In this document: positions 26,277-39,632 of the stretch, piece after piece | Layout: the number at the start of each line of letters is the position of its first letter | Numbering within the stretch: the first letter of the stretch is position 1 | From: Phoronis australis | Taxonomy: Eukaryota > Animalia > Phoronida | Direction of reading: 5' to 3' | NCBI GenBank assembly: GCA_002633005.1 | Contig: NMRA01000640.1 | Span: 1 to 64,000, forward strand | Length of the DNA: 64,000 bases | Made by a program: the position numbers and the translations under genes | The notes under the pieces: generated by a model | Databases searched by the model: none | What the model saw: the letters and a program-made list of their open reading frames with translations, nothing else | Told to the model about the DNA's origin: nothing

Positions 26277-29200
26277 AATAGGGCGTTCTCGTTGTCTAAG
26301 TGTACTTTTCTTATGAATTCAATTCTTTTGTATCAAGGTTCTTTTCTGGTTTCCCGCGACTCTGTTCTTATGATGCCGCACTCGCTTCATTTTATAGCGG
26401 AGTGGGTAAGAGACACAAGTTGCACACTCTTGGCAGTATGTAGCGTATGCTTGGTACTATGTATCATATGCACCTCTACACTACAACTGGAAACATATGA
26501 CGAGGAAAGAAATGTATTCACAAAGAACAAACTTGCGGGACATGAATAAGACTGCGTGAACATGATAATGAACTCTGCTAGCACCAGTGAAACTTTGGAG
26601 AACTCGAATTACAAGTGTCCGAAGTTTTCCCTGACCCTCTGCATCAATGCATAACAACGCAACATCAGCAGCGAGAAAATTGATATTTCTGAGATCAGCC
26701 TCGGCGCGGAAACGAACCCGCAAACTCCCGCGGTGGCAATTCAACGCTCTGTTGTAGGAGTAAAATCTCGCTCGATAAATTTTGTTGAATGTCTGGCAAA
26801 TTTTGATGAGAATTGTCGGTTTGTAAGAAAAGCACAAAAACACAAACGCTTTTGTGGTTTTATAGCTCTTCGCAGGGGTACCAGCTAGTTTACGGTAAAC
26901 AGCTTTGATGTGTTTACAATAGACATTGGAAGTTGCCCTGATGATACATGCCAAAGTTAGGAAACAAAAATATCACTTATAAACGCCATGCTGTTATCAA
27001 TGTTTCTTAAGTATCATTTGTTTCTGTCATCACTTTTTGTTCGTAAATGTCACATTTCATTTTTTATGGAATGTCCATTTTTACAGTTCGCTGTATACAA
27101 ATGTGATGGTGATAATGCCAAGTAGTACATACACGCGATTTGTCTTTATTACCATACCTCAAATTCATATGTACAGATGTATGATGAATGTTTGTTTTAC
27201 ACGCGTAGCTGTAGTAAACAAAATTTTTAATCAAATTATTTTGATACTATTCCCGATGAAGCCAACATCTGGGCCCTATTTTAGCGTTTTAATATATAGG
27301 TATCTCATCAAACAATATTCCAAACAAGATAATGTCTCTTTAAACACTGAGATTATAATACGAGTTTTAACTAAAATTTAATGGGATGCAAAACCTGAAC
27401 ATATACCAACGAACCTACGGTATATACGTATATGTTCATAATTACATCGTACGATGGGCATACACTGGTGCAATTAAGATGTTTTTAGTATTTAGCAGAA
27501 ATGGTGACACAATAATAGTTAAATTGAATTCTTACTAAATGTGACACAGTTCATACGTATTGGGCTCTTGTTTCACTAAAATGTCGTAACCTTTCTATGT
27601 TTTTAGATAGAATCTAAACGCAGACTTATCCCTAAGCTTTCCACTGGTAGCAAGTCTCCGTTAAGACTGTGGCTTCAAAACGTTGTAAAGTTATGCCATT
27701 TTAGTGGAACAGTCCCCGGAAAAAGAGTAAAACATATTCTGCATTTTAAGCAGTCCCGCTTTTCTTTACACGGACATAGTATGATCATGCATGTGGAGGC
27801 GTGAGCTGATGTTTGAACTAACAATGTTTCTTTATAAAAAACGTTTAACTTAAGTACTTTGTATGTAGGCCCTTATGTTCCTAAGCTTCAAATATACAGT
27901 AGGCGCAAACAGGTGTTCCGTGCATTGGTACTTCGGGTATTGTGTGTTCTTTTGCAGCTGCTAGGTACATGTAGTATTCAACATGTTGTACGTAATTTAA
28001 TTTTGCATTCTCTAATGCCCCATTTAACTTTTTCGCACTCAAATGTTTTGCTCACGGGAACACATGATTAGGCATGAACGCTCCCATGTGGACTTACCGG
28101 GAAATGTTGTAATTATGACTAGAACAGTTGGCCACGTAAGTTCACGCGATCGGTAAAAACACAACTTTAATCTTTAAGATTGTATCAGACCAAACATCAA
28201 CAAAAGTTTTGGTTTTTACTCCATAAAACACTACTTTCTGAAAGTAGGTTTCGGAAGCCTGTATAATTTGATTTTAACATTATATCAAGCTCACATTAGT
28301 TGGGTCACGTGACTATGCTTTGGCAAAGTTAACCAATAAGAAAGGAACTAACAACACGACCTATTTCATTCGAGTAAATGTTCAAGATGAAATATGAAAA
28401 ACGCGCTTACAGTTTTCTAAATTGTCATGTCGTTTTCGGTTTATGCAACTTTTGATTTTTTTCAAAAAAATCATAAAAGTTGGTGGTAAATTGCAAAACA
28501 ATTCCTAATTACAGTGTTTTGGAGAACAGTGCACAAAACACAGTACCTGAAAGTTCCATATGAAAGCGATCAACCATCTCTGAGATACGATGTTCCAAAG
28601 ATAGACAAATTTGGACATTTTTCAAGTGTTCTACATAATTTTAAGTATATGAAGCATACACGAGTAAATATTCTTTTTTTTTCAAATTTCAAGGTTTATC
28701 AGAGATTGAAATTTAATGCAGTTGACATAAACAGTACTACATACTGTAGCTTTGGTAAAACAACGTCTGCCTGAGAATGAAACGGCATTTTTTGTCTCGT
28801 AGCAAGAAACGGCTGGCGTACAGATGTGTTTACTAAGGTGATCAATTCTTGATACAGATGGCCCAGTCGTCAGGTGCATCTAGGTTTCCGTCCGTCAACA
28901 TCACCGATGAAGTCACTTACACTACAGATCAATGAACAAATGTGGTGAAAATAAGGCGTCACGTAACGTACACGGTAACATGACTCTTCAGGTTCGGAGA
29001 GATTCAATGTTACGTATATGTATGCGAATATGCCCCCAACAGCAGCTGAATTGTGGGTGATGCGCTTCACCCATGACCCATTTTTCTTATGGATGAATTG
29101 CTGACTACCGTTTGACGTGCTCTTGACGACCAGGAGACAATTTTGGAGAGCCAGACCAAAGTCTATTATTCACGAATTTCCCATCACTTCCTGCTGCAAC

Positions 29201-30936
29201 TTTGGCTCTCGGCATTTTTAGAAACAAAATTTTTCCTGCCCAGAACGGGTGTAGAAGTGAATTGTCAGAAAAGCATGAGACAGGGTTCAGTCGAATCCCA
29301 TGAGGAAAAGATCGAGGCAAAAGATGAGAAAGTGTAGAATATTATGACACTATACATTAAGGTTTGATTGAGGAAAAACGTATTAAAATTTCGGCAATGC
29401 TGACCGGGAATAATGAGATGGTGATAACGATGTGGGGAGGGAGGTCAGAGGGAGGCACACAGGAATCCGTTTTCTATACGACAGACTACAATGACAATAA
29501 TTGTTGTGTCTGTAATTTTCACAAAACAGTTGCATTCCTTGGTAAGTTAGTGTCGATTTGCTACACCCGCAGATCGGCTGCCCAGTTTGTGATGGTTTTG
29601 TGTAGCAGGCTCTTTCTTCTAATTATCCTGATTTATTAATTAAATGTCCTTTATCTATCGAAATTATGCGACCACATAGGTGTCGTATTGCGCAACGTGA
29701 TCGCTCTATTACCCTTCGCCACTGGTTTCAGTTGTCGCTCACTTTTGCAATGTGATGAAGGTGTGCTTAACGCATACCTTGTACCATACTCATCTCTGTG
29801 GGATGATAGACCGATTAACGACCACATGTTTAAATGGGTTAAATTTTGATCTCGTTTTAAAAGAACCGTTACGAATAGCACACAGCAAGGGTTTTCATTT
29901 CCGATAGGGTATGTCTTATTACTCTTCCTGGTAGTAGAGAGATTTCGGGAACGGCAAATTGGAGGATATCGAATACCGAACACGTGTTCTTAGCGATATC
30001 ACGCTAATGTAATATGATACGATTATGTAGGATCTTATTGAGGATCGCCAATTCAAAATCAATTGCCAGAAAAATTAGGCTGTGTACATGTTCTGAAGGT
30101 AGAAAGATCACGGGTCGTAAAAATATATTTCAAACTTACTTGTCAGTTATTATAACGAGGTCACCCTTTTAAGTCATTTTTCCATTTTCTTTCATTTTTT
30201 CATTCATGCAAGAAGCGCATATACCCCTAAGTAGATTTTAATGAAACTTTCTTTGCATGGAAACTTGCCGATATGTTTCAAAAAATCTGCTAGCACTTTT
30301 CGAATACTCATTTAGTATTTTTCTTTGCCAAATCAATAAGTTATAAAACGTGCGGTAATTTTGTAAAAGAAGCTGTCATATTCGTTTATGGCACAATGCA
30401 ATAAAACTACTAGGAGTTAAAAATCCTAACAGCGTTTCTGAGGTCGATAAATAAATATTAAAATTGGAAAGTTTCTGTGGTGTGTAAAGAGCCGCTTTCG
30501 AGAACCTTTGTCCATAAATTCAAATCAAGTCGATTTGCCGAAGTCGAGAAAAAGCCAAAAGTCGAAATTTCAGGGTTTTCAATAAGTTATTTGGTGAAAA
30601 CTTCTTTTGGTTACTATAACCTTTGCATGCCATTATTGTTCTTCATTTCAACACTCACACGTAATGTCAACTGAATATGCAGGGCATAATAAACAGATAC
30701 GTTTTAATTCTGTAAGTCGATTTTCAATGCCTCGAGTCAAACTAGGTTAGAGGATTTAACGTAAGTAGGTCAACCTTGAGGTACAATCAATCACGCGGGG
30801 CAAAACAATTACTAAACGGATGTTGAAGTATTCGTGGTTAAGCGCGCGGTGAGCACGGGATCGAAACAGCGAAACGTTGCATAAAAAATGTAATGTATGA
30901 AGTAGGGTGATTTTTTTGCGACTTGCCTCAAGGAAA

Positions 30937-33657
30937 TGTGGTGGCTGTAAAAGGACAGCACGGCAACTTTTTTTTCTCCGTTAGTAACTCTATCGATATA
31001 CTTAGTATCTCTAGCGGTAGACTTACTAAGTCTATCGATAGACTTATTAACTGTATCGATAGACTTACTATCTTTATCGATAGACTTACTATCTTTATCG
31101 ATAGACTTACTATCTTTATCGATAGACTTACTATCTTTATCGATAGACTTACTATCTTTATCGATAGACTTACTATCTTTATCGATAGACTTACTATCTT
31201 TATCGATAGACTTACTATCTTTATCGATAGACTTACTATCTTTATCGATAGACTTACTATCTCTATAGATAGACTTACTATCTGTATCGATAGACTTACT
31301 ATCTCTATAGATAGACTTACTATCTGTATCGATAGACTTACTATCTCTATAGATAGACTTACTATCTTTATCGATAGACTTACTATCTCTATCGACAGAC
31401 TTACAGTCTCTATAGATAAACTTACTAAGTCTATTGATAGACTCAGTAACTCTATCGATAGACTTATTAACTCTAACGATTGATTTAGTACCTCTATCGA
31501 TAGACTTACTACCTGTATCTCTATCGATAAATTTAATAACTCTGTCGATTTGTTTGGGACTAATGCGATGTTTCATGACCCACAACATAGGCACAGCGAC
31601 AGGTGCAAAGGTTATTAAACAGTTAAATGATCTCGTATGAATACCATGATGTTTTATATCTGTCATACATCCAACAGAGGTTTGCTACGGAATAATAATC
31701 GCTGGTCACTTGTCTCAGCATACAATACAAATGCAGAAGCAGCTAGCTCATTTTGGTTTTATCAGCCGTTATCCCGGGCGCACAGACCCTATCTTTGGTT
31801 GCAGAGGTGCCGTTGGTCATCGAAATTGGCGACCACTTTTATATAACTTGCAATTCTATGGTGTGAAAAGTTCGTTCTGGGTTTGCCAGTATCTGGGTAA
31901 ACAAGATACAAGATACACCTGAGCAAGGTTTTAGAGTCCATCAATGCTAATACGATTGCACAATTGTCTAAAATCATGGTCCTTAGATCACTGCACTGTT
32001 GATTTCCAAGTTAATCAGTATGTTGGCTTTTGCTGTGGCTCAGGAGGTCATATGTAGGCACCCAACATACTGCTGAACTGTTGAAATTGTTTTTTAATTG
32101 AGTACGTGTAGACAAGCTTTTGTAATGTATTTGATTTGTTGAGTATTGTTTATTTCAAAGTACACATTGAGTGTGGCGGTAACTGTGTAACCAAGATTTG
32201 TAAGATGGATTTAAGTCATTCTTTATTATTACAACAAAATTTGAATTGGCATATATGATTTCTTGTGTTATGCGTGTATATAAAAATGGTGATGCGGTAA
32301 CTATAAGCAAGATACACGTATCGGTACGTGTGAGATGGTTCTTTAAGAGTCTAGGATTTGTTACTTTCAGAAGTTTAGACCTATCGACAATAGCTTCCAT
32401 TTTTGAAGGTAAGCTGATCATTGCGCCAAGTGCCATGTTTCAACCGCCTGTTTATCGCAGATGCAATCAGGTTGTGTGCAGTTGCCAGTACGACTGTACT
32501 GATAATTTATGAGAGTTGTTATTATTGAGCGATAAGGTGTTGCTGGATTTATGAGTCTTATTTTTCTTAAACGAATATTCAATGAATACTACTGTCGTTT
32601 CACTGCAAACGTTCACATATGGTATTAAAAATGTACATATAAACAAAAAGTGTAACATAGGAACTAACTGTTTGAATTCGTCATGAGCAATTATTTATTA
32701 TATGACCTCAAGGAAGAACGGGATAAAACACAATGAATAAGTGACAACAGACAAATTACATTAAATTAAAAGGACCTGGTGATAGCAACTCGTCATGAGA
32801 GAGGGATCCAGACAACGAAAAGGAATTGCCACTTGAATTTGGCGTTTTGTTAGGCTCACGTTTTGAAAATATATCCTCCGAACTAGTCGTTTACAACGTC
32901 TGGCTTCAACTCCAGACGGATCAAGGCCAGTTTTAACAATCGCCAAAGTGTGCCTTGTGGTACAGTAACACCATTTGTTGAATGTAAAACCGTGCCTCTG
33001 ATCTGAACCCGCAACGTGCTTTTCAACAAAACGAACCATTTCATCAAAATCAGACATATTCTTAAGGCGCAGAAATCCATAAGTCGCCAAAAACACGTTT
33101 CAATAGCGTTGTGCTTAGTGACGCTCCAAAACGACGCAAGAGTACAGTGCACATGTATTATTTCATTTTGATTCAGTCCTAGCTTGAATAATTCGACAAT
33201 ATGCTTGTTTCGGTCCTCCATTTCAATCTGAAACCAAGGAAGCAACTTCGACATCGTAACTCTATAGAGTTAGTAAGTCTATCGATATAGTTACTAAGTC
33301 TATCGATAGAGTTAGTAAGTTTATCGATAGAGTTAGTAAGTTTATCGATAGAGATAGTACTGTTAGTCTATCGATAGAGTTTGTACGTCTCGCTTGAGTA
33401 AATAAGTCTATCAATAGTGATAGTAAGACTATCGATAAAATTAATTACTCTATCGATAGAGATAGTAACTCTATCGATAGAGTTAGTAAGTCTATCGATA
33501 GAGATAGTAAGTCTATCGGTAGAGATAGTAAGTCTATCCGTAGAGATAGTAAGTCTTTCGATAGAGTTAATAAGTATGTCGCTAGACTTAGTAAGTCTAT
33601 CGATAGAGTTAGTAAGGAAGAAAAATGTTGCCGTGCCGTCCTTTTACAGTCACCGTA
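30937..33657 (-). mobile_element. IS3EU-type DNA transposon, internally deleted and degenerate, with 21-bp subterminal arrays
   Basis: TIRs TGTGGTGGCTGTAAAAGGACAGCACGGCAAC / GTTGCCGTGCCGTCCTTTTACAGTCACCGTA. Imperfect 6-bp flanks AGGAAA/AGACAA. Inverted 21-bp ATCGATAGACTTACTATCTTT arrays at ~30985-31550 and ~33255-33615. Confidence 0.75.
32860..33221 (-). pseudogene. IS3EU-like transposase N-terminal remnant
   Basis: MEDRNKHIVELFKLGLNQNEII...; after a frameshift, DFDEMVRFVEKHVAGSDQRHG...LDPSGVEARRCKRLVRRIYF, the motif that precedes the integrase core. The core itself was not found. Confidence 0.7.
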
Positions 33658-33808
33658 AGACAATGTGCGGCGACGCTGTGCATTCGTCGTAGATCTGTGT
33701 TACCAACGGCCATATGTACGCAGACGCGCAACTCTCGCAGGATAAAGAATACGCTTTGTCTTCTTTTACCGAATTATCATTCTACGTCACGTATACTTCG
33801 TTGACTCA

Positions 33809-34075
33809 TTATGTTGGCTCAGTAAATGAAAGAACTGTAAATTGTGAGTACATACGGAACTGCTCTATAGCAGAATTGGGAGTGAGAGAATTCTCCTTTT
33901 GTACAGCGCGTGACCATATTTTGGAATTCAGGCACATTGTTGTGTCTCTCATTGATTTCAGAAAGGCCAAGAATTTCAGATCACTCATCCAAGGGTATTT
34001 GTCTAGTTTAGTAAACTTTCTCAATTCAGAGTTACAGTCCCCTGGCACAGCACAGCAGTTATATTTCGTTGGCAT
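33809..34075 (-). pseudogene. THAP-like domain remnant
   Basis: MPTKYNCCAVPGDCNSELRK...YPWMSDLKFLAF...KIW resembles a THAP N-terminus. The C-terminal CxxHF motif is not recovered. Confidence 0.5.
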
Positions 34076-35030
34076 TGCAAGGACGAATTGAGTATTCCAA
34101 CCGGGAAAAACTCCTAAAGAATCAGACAACAACAAATTACATGTGAAACTGCAGTGAAACGAAAACGAGGCAGCAAATGTGTGATATTTTCGGCATCGTG
34201 GGTAAATACAGCGAGATTCGAGTGTTGCTGTGTAATCCGGGACTGCCCCCTGACTGGCTGTCGTCGAGCGACTCATAAACCTCAAATTTTTATATTAATG
34301 GGCAAAACTTTTACCCCAGAGCCTAATAAGCATGTATTCAACAATTTTTGTGCCTTCAAAAATATTTGCTTTAATATTTTCGCTTTTAATTGGTTATCAG
34401 AACATCAGCATTGAAACTGGCAACTAATGCTACTCCATAGCGAAATAGTTACGCAGTTCCTTTAGTCATTACGAAGATAAGTCTGGTGAACAACGAAAAC
34501 TCATGAAGTTCTTGGAAACGTGGTACTCCTCGATGTATTCTTACGAGATATGTTCTACGTAAGCGTTTCATGCGGCAGTACAGTGGCGCAAATCTACCAC
34601 ATCCGCCTTATGAAGATGGTCTCCTTGACTCACTTTAAACCAGTTTTTCCCACCTCAAACTTTCAACACTGTCACAAATCGTGACCGTCGGCATGTAGGT
34701 GTTTGTAAATTGCCCACGAAGCACCTTTTCCGCCAACCTGTTCATGATCATCATTCTACTATTCCTTTAGAAAGGCGCTGGACGCTTCCGAAAGCCCATA
34801 TCCAGTTGATCATTTTTACCTTTGTTATGACTATGAACTTTCCGGGATGGATAAAGACTGATACATTTCAATCCATTATATATTTTTCTTCAAGAACTAT
34901 TTGTGTACTATGACGAAAACTAAGGTAAAAAACAAAAGTCCACGTAAGCCAGAGGTATCATTTCCAAAGAATTCTGCAAAAAAGCGAGGGATAGAAAGTA
35001 TTAATCAAGGATCGGAAACTTTTGCTTCAC

Positions 35031-35128
35031 TATGTGCCATGTGATTGGTTATGTGCCATGTGATTGGTTATGTGCCATGTGATTGGTTATGTGCCATGTG
35101 ATTGGTTATGTGCCATGTGATTGGTTAT
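35031..35128. repeat. Perfect 19-bp minisatellite x5
   Basis: Unit TATGTGCCATGTGATTGGT, five identical copies. Confidence 0.95.
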
Positions 35129-35489
35129 CTTTCCCCAAAACGTACACGTACATGCATTCAAAAGTTTATTAATTATACTAATCTACCTTTTGAGGCCTCT
35201 AATATTGCACGGGTTTATTCACCATTCAGACTTTGTTTGGGCCACTTGCTGGGGGTAACATGGATATACATGTAGTAAGAAATAGTGACAAAGTTGTGGT
35301 AGACTCCCCATATACTCTCTTTGGCTCTAAGAATACAGGTAGACCCGTCTCCATGGAATATAATTTACTGAGTCTCTTGGTTTTTAATTGTTACTTCTTC
35401 TCCAATGAGATTTTTTCAATAAATAAAGAAATTGCATAGAAATGGTTAACAACGTATAAAACACGAAACAATTTAGAGAAGAGACCACT

Positions 35490-35680
35490 GTCTGAATATT
35501 GGGCTGTTGGACTACTGGGCTGTCGGAAAATTGGTTAATTTCTCGGAAATATTGAGTTGCTGGAACAATGGGTAAATTGTCGGAAAAATGAGCTGCCGGA
35601 ATAATGGCTAAATTTTTGCGGAAATGAGCACCTGAACAATGGGCTGTTGAAATATTGGGTTTTCGTTACATTGTGTTGTA
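35490..35680. repeat. Degenerate GTCGGAA(C/T)AATGGG-type minisatellite
   Basis: Recurrent GGAA(C/T)A(A/T)TGGG(C/T)TG motifs. Confidence 0.55.
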
Positions 35681-35962
35681 AGCATTCAAGGCATATTTTG
35701 AAGCCCGATTTTGGACACGTAGGAATCGCGTTTGTGAATTCCCGGCGGTTGAATATATTTTTGGTAGGTAAGCCTGCGCCGCTGCGTCTAACAACCGAAG
35801 CTTTGTAAATTATTGCATGTATGAAAAATATGAAAAATACACCGAGTACGAAATCTCATATATTTTTGGACTAGTGAACCTTCGGGCTAGTGCACCTACA
35901 TGTACGGACTAGTGCACCTACGGACTACTGCCATGAAACCGGAATTCATCATTCAGTATACA

Positions 35963-36770
35963 TTTTTGCTTAGGTTGGTAAACTCGATCTGTTACCAACA
36001 ACTTGTCTAACTTGTGCAGAGAATGCAGTGTGCACTATGTGAAGGAATTGGATCATTGAGACATGTGTTATGATCATCCTGCAGGACAGCTCTCTAGCAG
36101 GTGGCGTCACAAAAAGATATTAATGGAAGTGGAAGACGTTCTGGAGAAGGCGAGGTGAGTAGTGAAACCTATCATGCGACATAGTGTGAGAGGCATGCAT
36201 CATTGGTTAGTCCTGGTGAGAAAGCAAGATCCGCAAAAGTGCACGAACGTTTAGAAGACTGGGAGATGAAAGTAGACGGTGGCAGGCCAATGGTTATTTT
36301 CGACATTGCAACAACAAATCTTCAACCAGACATTGTATTTTGGTTCAGAAAGCAGAAGAAACTTGTAGTGGTGACACTTACAGTCTCATGGGAAGAAGTA
36401 ATCGAGACACCATTTGAAAGAAAGAAGGAAGAGAATATTCTGAGCTGGAACAGGCAGTACTAGCCAAAGGTTGCCAGCACGGACTTTTAATGTCGAATTT
36501 GGATCAATCTGTTCATCGACAACACTACACAATCCATTGCTTTCAAGGAACACTGTAATGCAGTGAGACAATTTAGTGAAGCGGCAGAGCGGGCATCATG
36601 CTGCATGTTTGTGGTGTAGACGAGAGCAACTCAACTAGAAGTCATCATCTGATGGACAGAGACTTGGCCAGTCACAGTCCACTCGCCACCAAGAGGCCGT
36701 GCCAGATTTTGGGGTCGACATGGCTGACAACATCAGAGGATTATGCAGATAACAACATTATGTTCAAAGT
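35963..36770 (+). mobile_element. HERO/NeSL-like non-LTR retrotransposon 3' end (CCHC knuckle + restriction-like endonuclease)
   Basis: DLLPT..., CALCEGIGSLRHVL..SC, RWRHKKIL, DWEMKVD...TNLQPDIVFW..KQKKLVVVTLTVSWEE...ERK (PD-(D/E)xK RLE motif). Confidence 0.75.
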
Positions 36771-38542
36771 AAACCCTTGCTTTATATTGAAGTCAAATTT
36801 GACTTTGCAATGAAACTAATACGGCAAAACAATTTAAGGACAATCAGCGTTTCCACAAGTCTACAAATACGCAAGGGTATTAGTTTAGTCCCTCATTTGG
36901 GACTCCCACGCAAACAGACACTCGGAACTGGCATTTTGACAACTCCGGTCGGTGAGTTCGGCTCAGTGAATTTCTGCTCTCATTTTTTTCATAGCAAAAA
37001 CATCATATCACTAACTCACAAAGATAGTACAGCAACCGGTATCTTGCTGAATTGAAGCAGACAATGCGGATACATGTACGTCATAGCTACATGTACAAAA
37101 AGAGTAATGACGTATTCCTCCAGCTAGTGAAACCAGTAGCGCTAGGACCTCGCTGAACAGCAAGACCTCACGAGATTACATGATATATTGTCTCATGTTT
37201 TAACTGAGAACACGTGATTTTGGCTAGATTTTCTAGTTGCGAGACAGCTACTCTGATAGCCATCTGCGAAACCTCTATAATATGATCTGTTTTCCATATA
37301 CTTTCTGGAACTGGAGTTATCTTTAAAATTGTACTTATAAGGCTAAAAACGTAGTTACACTGGCTTCCAAACACTTCAAAAACAAAACACATACAGTTCG
37401 TAAGGTGTTATGTTGTTTGTATTCGTCTATTTTATGAGAAACTCGTTCTGTTTCTTTCTTTGTGTTGCCAAACGCCACGGTAATTTGAGTAGATTTTTTC
37501 AAGTAGCGATTTTAGTCTAATAAGAATTCCCATTGAAAAAGAATACACATTTCAACCTCCGTGTCTCTGCAAGGAACGCAGTGCCGAGGAAAATACATCG
37601 TTTGTAACAATTGCTCTCAGGGGTGATCGTGCTAATCAAATTTCAAATTTAAAAAATGGTTGATCGAGATATTCCTGAAAATTCTCACTTATGCATAGTT
37701 TTCTAAGTCATCTCTAAGAGCCATTCAAACAGCTGTTGAAATGGAAAGTGCTGAAAACGTTGTCAGTGCGGTGGTGTGGTTTTAGAGAGGAGTATGAATG
37801 AAGATCTTGAGCCATGTTTGCAAAGTTCTGACGTTGCATGCTGAAAATCTCGAGCCATGTTAACCCTGAACTTCTTTGCTTTGCAAGGCAACTAATTGCA
37901 TTGAGATGTTTATTTTTTATCATTATTGGAAATGATAGTTTCATGCTTACAGAAAATTGAAATAATGTGCAACTGTTGTTGTTTCTGCAAATTGGTAAAA
38001 AACAAAAATTAGGACGAAAAAAACAAAGCAGACAATTAGTGTCACCGTGACGTTTGGAATTTTCTTTGGAAAGTGTCACAATCGGAGCAGATCTAGGATA
38101 TTTAAATGTGATCGCAGTTTTCAAACAAAAAATTTTGCAAGGTTCCTCAATCGGCATGCCTGCGAGGATTTTGTCGTACCTGGATGGAGAGGGGGCGTTT
38201 TTTGAATTGCCTGTAGGAGCGCTCCTTTTCCCTAAATACAGTACACCTATGGCTGTATGATTAACGGTTTTTGTTAAAGGCGAAGGCAACCTTTTTCCAT
38301 GTCATTTTGAGCTAAAATAAGGTTGGTTGGTTATCCTAGACATATTTTCCACTTAATTACAGCTTTTCGTAATTTTATTAATTACTCCTCCGCTACTGCG
38401 GAAGTGACGTTTTAGGAGGCAAGCATTTCGCGCCAATTTCTTTTCATATAGTCTGACGGTGAGAGCTGCCGAGTCAGTCATTGTTCTACCTCGGTTGTGT
38501 TAAGTTCCGTCGTCGTTTGCTTTCATTTGCTAGTCAGTCAAC

Positions 38543-39245
38543 ATGCCACACTGTTGCTGCGTACCGGAATGTACTAGTTATCGGCTCACGCGCGCTTTGG
38601 GAGTACCTTTGCATCGCTTTTCGATGGATGACACACTTCGCCGTACTTGGCTCGTTCGTGTGAAGAACGCAGCGTTACCCGTTCACGCAACGTACAAAGC
38701 AATGGAGAATTACCGTGTGTGTGGCAAGCACTTTCTGCCCTCCGGTTACGAAAGGAATCTGTACGCTGATCTGATGAAGGTCCCTGCGAAACAACGCCTG
38801 AAGCAGGATGCCATTCCGTGTGTATTGATTCTCGGCAGTGCCCCGTCGCCACCCCCGAGAAGTGCGTTTTTTGAGGCGACAAGCTTTGCGGGCTGTGGCC
38901 AGTACAGTGACTGGAGCCAGTGGAGGCACTTCATCTACTGTCACCCGTGCCTCCGAACGTACCCCAGAGCGTGCAATTCCTGGAACCAGTAGTGATTCGC
39001 CCTGTGCTGTTTTCTCCAGCCCAGAGCCTCTAAGCAGCCCTGCAGCGATATTGAGTAATGGGAGTACGTGATTACAGGACCAGTTCGACACGCAGTGGAG
39101 AGGACAGTTTGTCGTTCAGTGAACAGATCGGTGAGCCAAACTTTGATAAGTTTATTGTGGACTTGTCTATTTAGAAGGTGCCAAGTGTGTGGCGAGGGAG
39201 TCACACGACACGATGTAAGCAGTTTGGGTGCTCAGGTCACCATCT
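38543..39245 (+). pseudogene. THAP-domain Kolobok transposase N-terminus (frameshifted ~38870, truncated before the DDE core)
   Basis: MPHCCCVPEC...LHRF...LRRTWLVRVK...RVCGKHFLPSGY...RLKQDAIPCV is a complete THAP domain with an AVPT-like box. A low-complexity linker and a CQVCG fragment follow. Confidence 0.85.
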
Positions 39246-39632
39246 AGTGGGAGTGTGTCCCGGGAGACTCTGGTAACTGAGTGCGGAACAGTTGTTCCTG
39301 TGTCCGTGGTATGCCGGAGGTCCACTTAACCATGTCCAGTAGTGGCTTGGCCTCGTCAAACTCTGAACAGCACAAGCATTCCATTGAGGTATGGATAACA
39401 ACGCGCACAGTGCATTTGCACCAAGATGTGTCACCACGTCTGTTCTCAGTAGCCGCCTCGTTTCTCTCAACCGCTGCCTATGCCTGTGCGTACTCTGCCT
39501 CGTTAACTCGGGCTCAAACATGTACCCACCCACTGAATGTCCGTGAAAAAAATCCTCGTCACCACTGCTGTGAACAAGGTCTCCGTCACTCATACTACTG
39601 TCACTGTGATACGGGTCACCGACTTCAGCCAT
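39245..39632 (-). pseudogene. KolX-like / P2X7-ballast-like Cys-rich protein N-terminus
   Basis: Acidic N-terminus with GGYMFEPEL, then after a frameshift ENRRGDTSWCKCTVRVVIHTSMECLCCSEFDE. Confidence 0.75.

Noticed and set aside
30812-31666. 284-aa (SIDKDSK)n ORF on - and 186-aa (IDRLTIF)n ORF on +, resembling heptad-repeat proteins
   Set aside because: Both are read-throughs of the 21-bp subterminal array of the IS3EU-type element. A stop-free unit that is a multiple of 3 opens frames on both strands by chance.
39237-39632. Host P2X7 receptor gene
   Set aside because: Only the Cys-rich module is present, disrupted and inside TIRs. There is no P2X ectodomain or transmembrane exon.
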